DNA of 5,440 bases, from NCBI GenBank assembly GCA_005191425.1, contig SUPR01000172.1, positions 1-5,440 on the forward strand. The letters run 5' to 3'. The notes under the pieces are model-generated. The model searched no databases, was not told the origin of the DNA, and saw nothing but the letters and a program-made list of their open reading frames with translations. Position numbers and translations under genes: made by a program. This DNA comes from Candidatus Helarchaeota ASGARD archaeon Hel_GB_B. Lineage in GTDB: Archaea > Asgardarchaeota > Lokiarchaeia > Helarchaeales > HEL-GB-B. Every line of letters starts with the position of its first letter. Position 1 is the first letter of the stretch. Below are positions 1-5,440 of the stretch, in pieces.

Positions 1-771
1 TATTATGAGGAAATTGGAGCTGGGGATCCGCCTCTCGTGTTCATTCATGGGTGGACTGCGAATTCATGGGTTTGGGAAAAGCAGCGAGACTATTTTTTGG
101 ACATGAACAAAGTAATTCTGATTGATTTGAAGGGACATGGAAAATCAGATAAAACAGAAGGAAATTATACTATTCCAGAATATACAGAGAAGATATATGA
201 AGCAATAAAAAAATTAATAGGAGACCAAAAAATAGTGTTAATAGGTCATAGTATGGGAGGAATGATAACAGTATATTATGCAACACATCCAGAATTCTCT
301 AAGAATTTAAAAGGTATTATATTAATGAGTACTACTTCAAGAAAATTAACTTCATTAGAAACTTTATTAAAATCAATAGAATCGGGAGAGATTAAATTAG
401 ATGACCCAGAAGTGATTAAAGAAATAGCAAAATCAGGCTTTTATGGTAAATTCATAAGGTCAAATAAGGCCATTTTAATTAAAAATATAGAGGAAGCGAA
501 AAAGTGTCCAAGTGAAGTAGCTCTTAAATCATTAAGATATTTTACGAGAGAATTTGATGTATCAAATAAATTGTCAAATATATCAGCTCCTACATTAATT
601 ATGACAGGAGATAAAGACGTCCAAATTGGAAACAACGAATCAGAATTTCTTTTAAAAAATATAAAAAATGCAAAACTTGAGATTATAGGGCCAAAATCAG
701 GACATATGGTCCAATTTGAAAAACCTAATTTAGTAAACAGCTTAATTGAAACTTTTATTAATGACCTTTAA
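1..771 (+). CDS. Alpha/beta-fold hydrolase (PcaD/MenH/non-heme haloperoxidase-like esterase or lactonase), 5'-truncated by the window edge
   Basis: Frame 1 is open from base 1 (YYEEIGAGDPPLVFIHGW...), so the GTG at 37 is an internal Val and the true start lies upstream. Motifs seen: oxyanion HG (FIHGW), DLKGHGKSD, nucleophile elbow GHSMGG (Ser codon 250-252), acid GDKD (Asp 616-618) and catalytic His in SGH (703-705). TAA stop at 769-771. Substrate cannot be assigned. Confidence 0.93.
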   Translation, partial: YYEEIGAGDPPLVFIHGWTANSWVWEKQRDYFLDMNKVILIDLKGHGKSDKTEGNYTIPEYTEKIYEAIKKLIGDQKIVLIGHSMGGMITVYYATHPEFSKNLKGIILMSTTSRKLTSLETLLKSIESGEIKLDDPEVIKEIAKSGFYGKFIRSNKAILIKNIEEAKKCPSEVALKSLRYFTREFDVSNKLSNISAPTLIMTGDKDVQIGNNESEFLLKNIKNAKLEIIGPKSGHMVQFEKPNLVNSLIETFINDL

Positions 772-835
772 TATTTTCAAAATAAATTTAATATTATTTA
801 TCAAAATTGAACTACAATTATTGTATTTAATACTA

Positions 836-849
836 TTTTTTAATTTTTT
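836..849 (+). terminator. Possible archaeal-type oligo-T terminator after the hydrolase gene
   Basis: TTTTTT-AA-TTTTTT about 65 nt downstream of the stop codon, with no GC hairpin. T-tracts are common by chance in such AT-rich DNA. Confidence 0.35.
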
Positions 850-963
850 ATAAATTAATTTATCTAAAAGTAATCATATAATTTTAAATTTGATAAGTAA
901 AATTCGAAATTTTAGGGTTAACTTGACAAATACTGGTATATAAGAAATATATCATAAAATCTC

Positions 964-977
964 AGCCAATTTAAATA
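964..977 (+). promoter_or_regulatory. Candidate archaeal BRE/TATA promoter for the corrinoid-methyltransferase pair
   Basis: TTTAAATA (970-977) matches the archaeal TATA consensus TTTAWATA and is preceded by a loosely BRE-like AGCCAA, about 100 nt upstream of ATG 1074. Alternative TATA-like boxes exist at 937-943 and 1010-1017, so the assignment is uncertain. Confidence 0.25.
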
Positions 978-1073
978 ATTAATGATAATATGGACAATTT
1001 AATGCATAATTTTATAATAATATAGGATATAATTAATAAAAAAATTAAATGATTCAATTTGGTCGGCAAGAAA

Positions 1074-1721
1074 ATGGGTTTAATTGAAAATTTAAAAAAT
1101 GCGGTGATTGATGGCGATGTAGATAGTGCAGCCAGAATAGCTAATGAAATTATCGATAGAAAGATGGATCTCAAAAACGCTATTTTAAATGGTCTATCAG
1201 CTGGAATGCGAGTCGTTGGTAAGAAATATGAAGAGCATGAATATTTTATCCCAGAAGTCATTGTTTCTGCTGATGCACTTAACACAGCTTTCAATATAAT
1301 TAAACCGCATTTTAAGGATAAAGATACAGATTACAAGGCAAAAGTAATTATTGGGGTAGTTAAAGGAGATATTCATGAAATCGGTAAAAATATTGTGGCA
1401 CAATTTTTAAATGCATCTGGTTATAAAGTAATTGACCTTGGAAGAAATGTCCCGCCCGAGAAATTCGTTGAAGCTATTGAGAAATATAATGCAGATATTG
1501 TTGCAATGTCCACCTTAATGACTCCGACTTTAGAACAAATGAAAATTACTATCGAGCATCTTAAAGAAAATGGACTCCGGAATAAAATAAAGGTAATAAT
1601 TGGAGGTGCTCCAACTGATCAAGAGTTTATGAACGAAATAGGAGCAGATTACTGTTGTAAAGATGCTAATGAAACAGTTTCAACTCTTGATAGCATTATT
1701 ATTAAAAATGAAGTAAATTAA
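1074..1721 (+). CDS. Methyltransferase cognate corrinoid (B12-binding) protein, MtaC/MtbC/MttC/MtsB family, 215 aa
   Basis: N-terminal four-helix cap (GLSAGMRVVGKKYEEHEYFIPEVIVSADAL), base-off/His-on motif GDIHEIGKNIV (His codon 1374-1376), DLGRNVP, SxL (MSTLMTPT) and IGGAP...EIGAD. I prefer ATG 1074 over the track's TTG 1059 because family similarity begins at MGLIENLKNAVIDGD. Confidence 0.95.
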   Translation: MGLIENLKNAVIDGDVDSAARIANEIIDRKMDLKNAILNGLSAGMRVVGKKYEEHEYFIPEVIVSADALNTAFNIIKPHFKDKDTDYKAKVIIGVVKGDIHEIGKNIVAQFLNASGYKVIDLGRNVPPEKFVEAIEKYNADIVAMSTLMTPTLEQMKITIEHLKENGLRNKIKVIIGGAPTDQEFMNEIGADYCCKDANETVSTLDSIIIKNEVN

Positions 1722-1724
1722 GGA
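1720..1724 (+). promoter_or_regulatory. Ribosome-binding site for the methyltransferase, overlapping the corrinoid gene stop codon
   Basis: AAGGA overlaps the TAA (1719-1721) and ends 7 nt before ATG 1732. The 10-nt intergenic gap suggests co-transcription and translational coupling. Confidence 0.55.
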
Positions 1725-1731
1725 AATAAAT

Positions 1732-2802
1732 ATGAGTTTGATTGAAGATTTCCTCACTCAATTTGGGTTTTCTCAAGAACTTATTGAAGGAGTATTTGCA
1801 AAACCCGGTGCAACTATGCCAGCTATTTTTTTAGCTGGTGGATATAATGTTAACGAATATTACAAAATGACTGGCGTTCCTGCTTATGAAATAGTTAGAA
1901 ATGCTCGGCATTTAATTAAATCTCAAATGAACCTCCAATATAAATTTAAAGTGGACCTTTTAACTTGTCTTGTAGATTTAAATATTATGTCTGAATCTTT
2001 TGGTGCCAAACTTTATTATGATCATGATGTCCTTCCAATGCCAAATAAACCAGCTATTGAATCTTTAGATGATATTGACCAATTGGAAATTCCAGACCCC
2101 CATAAAGATGGTAGAATGCCGGTAATAATTGAGGCAGCAAAATTATATAAAGAAAAATATAAAGCAAAAAGTTCCTTAATTTACGGAGGTTACATTGAAG
2201 GCCCAATTACTGCAAGCTCAAATATCCTAGGAGTTGAGAATTTTATGAGGGGGCTTGTAACAAATCCAGATCTTATCCATAAATTATTAGATAAAGTTAC
2301 TACAGCATTAATAGAATTTGGAAATGCACAGCTTGAGGCGGGAGCTGATGCTATTGGAATTGCTGAACCAACAGCTTCTTCGACTTGTATCTCTCCAGAT
2401 TTTTTTAAAGAATTTGCATTTCCTTATTTAAAGAAAATAAATCGCAAGTTGAATACCCCAGGAACACTAATTCACATTTGTGGACATACACAACCAATTA
2501 TTAAGCAATGGATTAAAATCCCAAATACATTTATCATATCAGTCGATGAAGTTGATTTGACTAAGACTTTAGAAACTATTGGTAATAAATTCATAATTGT
2601 TGCAGGTAATATTTCACCTATTACTCTACTCCGAGAAACTCCAGAAACTATTGAATTAATAACCAAAGACATTATAAACGAAGTCGGAAATCATGGAAAA
2701 TTTGTTTTATGTCCAGGATGTGATTTGGCACCGGGGACACCTGAAGAAAATATTATGGCATTTTTAAATGCCGGGAGAAAATATGGAAAGTTTCCTATTT
2801 AA
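1732..2802 (+). CDS. Methylcobamide:thiol methyltransferase (MT2), MtaA/MtbA/MtsA/CmuA family, uroporphyrinogen-decarboxylase-like TIM barrel, 356 aa
   Basis: Zn ligands H248-x-C250 (LIHICG, nt 2473-2481) and C330 (PGCDLAPGTPEENI, nt 2719-2721), plus acidic SVDE(270-273). Family blocks DLNIMSESFGAK, DGRMPVIIEA, GPITASSNILG, AGADAIGIAEPTAS...ISPDFFKEFAFPY and GNISP. It lacks the HemE RQAGR motif and is adjacent to a corrinoid protein gene. Confidence 0.9.
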   Translation: MSLIEDFLTQFGFSQELIEGVFAKPGATMPAIFLAGGYNVNEYYKMTGVPAYEIVRNARHLIKSQMNLQYKFKVDLLTCLVDLNIMSESFGAKLYYDHDVLPMPNKPAIESLDDIDQLEIPDPHKDGRMPVIIEAAKLYKEKYKAKSSLIYGGYIEGPITASSNILGVENFMRGLVTNPDLIHKLLDKVTTALIEFGNAQLEAGADAIGIAEPTASSTCISPDFFKEFAFPYLKKINRKLNTPGTLIHICGHTQPIIKQWIKIPNTFIISVDEVDLTKTLETIGNKFIIVAGNISPITLLRETPETIELITKDIINEVGNHGKFVLCPGCDLAPGTPEENIMAFLNAGRKYGKFPI

Positions 2803-3632
2803 TTTTTACCATTATTTTTTGGCAAAATTTCATCAATACTCATTTTATCTGCTGTATCCCAAAAGTATTTAAATAAATCCGTTGTCCATTCAATAAAATC
2901 GGAGTCATTTTTTGAATATATACATTCAGAATAATCTATGCCTTTATTATTTGAAAAAAATATTATTCCTTCAGATTCAGTAATAATTAAAGAAAGTTCA
3001 ATTTTATTAATTTTTCTTATGTTGTCAGGAATTTTTAATAATTTATATAATTCTTGAAAAATCTGAGGCTTCGGACCTTTTATATATATTTCCCATTCAT
3101 CAGTATAAACTAATTTCTTGAGTAAATTAGACCCTAAAATACTTTTTATTTCTAATTTTTGAGTTGTAATTTTTTGCTGAATAATAGGAATTATAGAATA
3201 TTGTAATTGATCGGTAATTGCCCAAATATAATTTTTGGCTCCCTTTATAATTTGTGACCATAATTCAATGTTTTCCATAGTGTTAATCAAAAGTTTTGCA
3301 TTTAATATTTTTCCCATTTCCATTTTTATATGCTGCGGAATAAATTCAATGTTATGAGTATTTAAAAAATTATCAAATTTCGTTAAAAATTCAAAATATT
3401 TTAAGTCATTTACAATTAGAGTCCCAAATTTTGTAATATAATATTTATTATCAGTTTTCTTAATAATTAGATTGTATTTTGCCAATCTTTTTAAATGCCT
3501 TGTAATTTCAGAACCTGGTAGATTTAATTTTTTAGAAAGATAGGAATTTCTACATGGTTTATTAAAAATTTCCTTTAATAATTTATATCTAAATTCATTA
3601 GCTAATTCAAAAAATATATCATTTATTTTCAA
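2799..3632 (-). CDS. Archaeal winged helix-turn-helix (ArsR-like) transcriptional regulator with a C-terminal DUF1724/FilR1-middle-like domain, 277 aa
   Basis: N-terminal wHTH pattern IFFELANEFRYKLL...LSKKLNLPGSEITRHLKRLAKYNLIIKK..NKYYITKFG, followed by FLNTHNIEFIP...MG, AKNYIWAITDQ and a C-terminal FIEWTTDLFKYFW. This is the pattern I recognise from the archaeal COG4742-type regulators. TTG start; the frame has no upstream ATG before the stop at 3675-3677. Confidence 0.8.
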   Translation of the reverse strand: MKINDIFFELANEFRYKLLKEIFNKPCRNSYLSKKLNLPGSEITRHLKRLAKYNLIIKKTDNKYYITKFGTLIVNDLKYFEFLTKFDNFLNTHNIEFIPQHIKMEMGKILNAKLLINTMENIELWSQIIKGAKNYIWAITDQLQYSIIPIIQQKITTQKLEIKSILGSNLLKKLVYTDEWEIYIKGPKPQIFQELYKLLKIPDNIRKINKIELSLIITESEGIIFFSNNKGIDYSECIYSKNDSDFIEWTTDLFKYFWDTADKMSIDEILPKNNGKN

Positions 3633-3903
3633 AAAATGACCTTCTAGAATTTTGATTTTTATAATAAATTTATATTATTTTAAATTTTTTAAAATATTTT
3701 AATTTATTTAAATTTTTGTAATGTTATTAAAATATCCATATTTTGAAATTAAAATTATATTAGAAAAGAATTAACAAATTTCTAATCTAAAATTCATTAA
3801 AATTAATTTTAAAACAATATTTATTAATTAGAAATAGATTTTATTAATATAATTAATTGCAATTTCTAAAAATATGAAAATGCATAGTTAGATTTTGATA
3901 ACG
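3633..3903. promoter_or_regulatory. Divergent promoter region between the regulator and the DUF362/flavoprotein pair
   Basis: 271-nt extremely AT-rich spacer between head-to-head genes. It contains inverted repeats (ATTAGAAA-N12-TTTCTAAT at 3759-3786) and a 16-bp palindrome (3797-3812). Individual TATA boxes cannot be pinned down. Confidence 0.55.
3637..3644 (-). promoter_or_regulatory. Shine-Dalgarno-like motif for the regulator
   Basis: The minus strand reads GAAGGTCA-TTTT-TTG, resembling the archaeal SD consensus GGAGGTGA and supporting the TTG start at 3632. Confidence 0.45.
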
Positions 3904-4752
3904 ATGAAGGAAATTATTTATTTCACAACAGAGGAAAAAAGAAAAGAATTTACATTAAAAGTGCTGGATATTTTTAAAGATCAAATTAAAGGGACTGTGT
4001 TTATTAAGCCGAATATGGTTTCATATGAAGAATTCCCAACAACTACGCATCCAGAAACACTTGAAACTGTTATCAAATATTTACAGGAAAATGGGCACGA
4101 AATAATTTGTGGAGATGGTCAAGGAATAGATGTTTCAAATAAGAAAGTCGAAGACCATATAATAAAGAAAATTTGTAAAAAATATGGGATTGAATTTTTA
4201 AATTTATATAATGAACCCATGAGAAAGTTCAAATCACCTAGAGGATTTACTATTAAAATGTCAGAAATACCATTTAAAGCTAACTCCATTATTTCTTTGC
4301 CGAATCTTAAGTCACATCCACACTGGGAATTACATATGACGGGAGCTTTAAAAATAGTAGTAGGTTATTTTACTACGTGGGAGAGAATAAAAATGCATAT
4401 GCATGCATATATTCCTTTAGCAAAAAATCGGTGGAAGATGATAGCTGAAGCAAATTGGTTTTTAATGAAACAAAAAGAAAGCCCAACACATTTAACTATA
4501 ATGGATGCTATGGAACCATTAATATATGCAAACGAAATAAGACATGGAGGAAAACCTGTTAAGTTAAGACCAGGATATCTTCTTGCAAGTAAATGTCCAA
4601 CTGTTTTAGATATTTTTGGGTTTGATATTTTGAAAAAAGTGGAACCTCGTTATAAGAATAGAGACATTAGTTATGTCCCATATATTAAATATGCAATTAA
4701 ATATGGAATTTGTAATTCAGAATATGAGTTAAAAGAGGTAGAATTAGATTAA
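3904..4752 (+). CDS. DUF362-family protein, stand-alone (no C-terminal ferredoxin domain), 282 aa
   Basis: Family motifs VFIKPN, TTTHPE, CGDG, IISLPNLKSH, MTGALK..VG and TIMDA. No CxxCxxC cluster motif is present. I prefer ATG 3904 over the track's TTG 3895. TAA stop at 4750-4752. Confidence 0.82.
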   Translation: MKEIIYFTTEEKRKEFTLKVLDIFKDQIKGTVFIKPNMVSYEEFPTTTHPETLETVIKYLQENGHEIICGDGQGIDVSNKKVEDHIIKKICKKYGIEFLNLYNEPMRKFKSPRGFTIKMSEIPFKANSIISLPNLKSHPHWELHMTGALKIVVGYFTTWERIKMHMHAYIPLAKNRWKMIAEANWFLMKQKESPTHLTIMDAMEPLIYANEIRHGGKPVKLRPGYLLASKCPTVLDIFGFDILKKVEPRYKNRDISYVPYIKYAIKYGICNSEYELKEVELD

Positions 4753-4769
4753 GTTTTGATTATTTAGTA

Positions 4770-4774
4770 AAGGA
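4770..4774 (+). promoter_or_regulatory. Ribosome-binding site for the flavoprotein gene
   Basis: AAGGA ends 9 nt upstream of ATG 4784. The 31-nt gap after the DUF362 gene has no obvious terminator, suggesting an operon. Confidence 0.45.
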
Positions 4775-4783
4775 TGTTTTAAA

Positions 4784-5440
4784 ATGGGGTCATTTTTTAA
4801 AGATTTAGTAAAAATTGTTGGTGAAGACTCAGCGACAGATGATGAATATATAAGGTATAGTTATAGTAAAACTGGAGATTCTGTATATCAAAAAGTTCCA
4901 GATTATGTAGTACGTCCTAAATCAACTGAAGACGTTTCCGAGATATTACAATTAGCAAATAAGGAGAAGATACCAGTAGTACCGAGGGGAGGGGGCGCTG
5001 GGCTTTTTGCAGGAGCTGTAGCACATAAGGGAGGACTAATAATAGATATGACCGGAATGAAAAAAATTATAGATATTAATTTTGAAAATCATTGTGTTAT
5101 AGTAGAATGTGGAATTACATGGGCAGAATTAAATACTGAATTATTTAAATATGGTTATTATACTGGTGCATTAGGGCCAGGGTCAGGTATGTCAGCTGTT
5201 GTTGGTGGCGGGTTAAGCCACAATAGTGTTGGTGGCGGTGGCGGTGCAAAATATGGTTCATGTTGTAAACATGTTATGGGTTTAGAAGTAGTACTACCTC
5301 AAGGAGATATAATAAATACTGGTTCCTTATGTTCTAAATATGTTGAAAGTCCATTTAGTAGATATGGATTTGGACCAGATTTTTCGGGTTTATTCCTTGG
5401 AGATAATGGGATTTATGGGATAAAAACGCGTGCAGTCCTA
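4784..5440 (+). CDS. FAD-binding oxidoreductase (PCMH-type FAD-binding domain; GlcD/D-lactate dehydrogenase/VAO superfamily), 3'-truncated and absent from the ORF track
   Basis: Manual translation gives 219 open codons: MGSFFKDLVKIVGEDSATDDEYIRYSYSKTGDSVYQKVPDYVVRPKSTEDVSEILQLANKEKIPVVPRGGGAGLFAGAVAHKGGLIIDMTGMKKIIDINFENHCVIVECGITWAELNTELFKYGYYTGALGPGSGMSAVVGGGLSHNSVGGGGGAKYGSCCKHVMGLEVVLPQGDIINTGSLCSKYVESPFSRYGFGPDFSGLFLGDNGIYGIKTRAVL. PDYVVRP.STEDV, PRGGG, AKYG, GLEVVLP.G and GPD..GLF.G..G..GI are hallmark motifs. Confidence 0.93.
   Translation, partial: MGSFFKDLVKIVGEDSATDDEYIRYSYSKTGDSVYQKVPDYVVRPKSTEDVSEILQLANKEKIPVVPRGGGAGLFAGAVAHKGGLIIDMTGMKKIIDINFENHCVIVECGITWAELNTELFKYGYYTGALGPGSGMSAVVGGGLSHNSVGGGGGAKYGSCCKHVMGLEVVLPQGDIINTGSLCSKYVESPFSRYGFGPDFSGLFLGDNGIYGIKTRAVL

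Noticed and set aside
441-635. 64-aa minus-strand ORF
   Set aside because: Antisense shadow wholly inside the well-supported hydrolase gene, with no recognisable motif.
923-953. Perfect bacterial -35 hexamer TTGACA (923-928)
   Set aside because: No good TATAAT at 16-18 nt spacing (best is TATATC at 19 nt), and the other evidence favours an archaeal host.
772-1073. Cobalamin riboswitch or other structured RNA upstream of the corrinoid gene
   Set aside because: The region is almost entirely A/T, with no GC-rich stems or B12-box-like sequence visible.
1049-1087. 12-codon out-of-frame upstream ORF (MIQFGRQENGFN) overlapping the corrinoid gene start
   Set aside because: No RBS or suggestive codon content. 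Short ORFs like this are expected by chance.
971-1294. 107-aa minus-strand ORF with a hydrophobic C-terminus
   Set aside because: Overlaps the corrinoid gene antisense. The Ile/Leu-rich tail is simply translation of AT-rich intergenic DNA.
1197-1403. 68-aa minus-strand ORF
   Set aside because: Antisense shadow within the corrinoid gene, with no family features.
2472-2672. 66-aa minus-strand ORF
   Set aside because: Antisense shadow within the methyltransferase gene.
1732-2802. Annotation as uroporphyrinogen decarboxylase (hemE)
   Set aside because: Lacks the RQAGR porphyrinogen-binding motif, has the HxC...C zinc ligands and is coupled to a corrinoid protein.
4774-4782. Mini-ORF ATG-TTT-TAA just before the flavoprotein start
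   Set aside because: Most simply a by-product of the AAGGA RBS followed by AT-rich spacer, with nothing to support translation.
5200-5238. 12-bp direct repeat TGTTGGTGGCGG (5200-5211 and 5227-5238)
   Set aside because: Explained by two VGGG peptides in the Gly-rich FAD-binding segment. It is not a mobile-element or CRISPR repeat.
1-5440. Pyrrolysine or selenocysteine recoding in the methyltransferase neighbourhood
   Set aside because: All five visible stops are TAA, the proteins are full length for their families, and no in-frame TAG or TGA interrupts them.

Overview
Strongly AT-rich, gene-dense window that looks archaeal (inference from the gene families, a GAAGGTCA Shine-Dalgarno-like motif and T-tract-type 3' ends). 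An Asgard/Lokiarchaeia-like anaerobe is plausible but cannot be shown from this window. It holds six genes: (1) a 5'-truncated alpha/beta hydrolase; (2) an MtaC/MtbC/MtsB-type corrinoid protein, closely followed by (3) an MtaA/MtbA/MtsA/CmuA-type (URO-D fold, Zn-thiol) methyltransferase; (4) a convergent archaeal winged-HTH regulator whose stop overlaps the methyltransferase stop; and, divergently from it, (5) a stand-alone DUF362-family protein and (6) a 3'-truncated FAD-linked oxidoreductase of the GlcD/Dld/VAO-PCMH superfamily that the ORF track missed. The most interesting element is the two-gene corrinoid + MT2 module with no substrate-specific MT1 or activase. It resembles MtsAB/CmuA-type methylthiol or halomethane methyltransferases and sits next to a possibly Msr-like regulator. 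I found no RNA genes, mobile elements or CRISPR arrays. The four minus-strand shadow ORFs are rejected.
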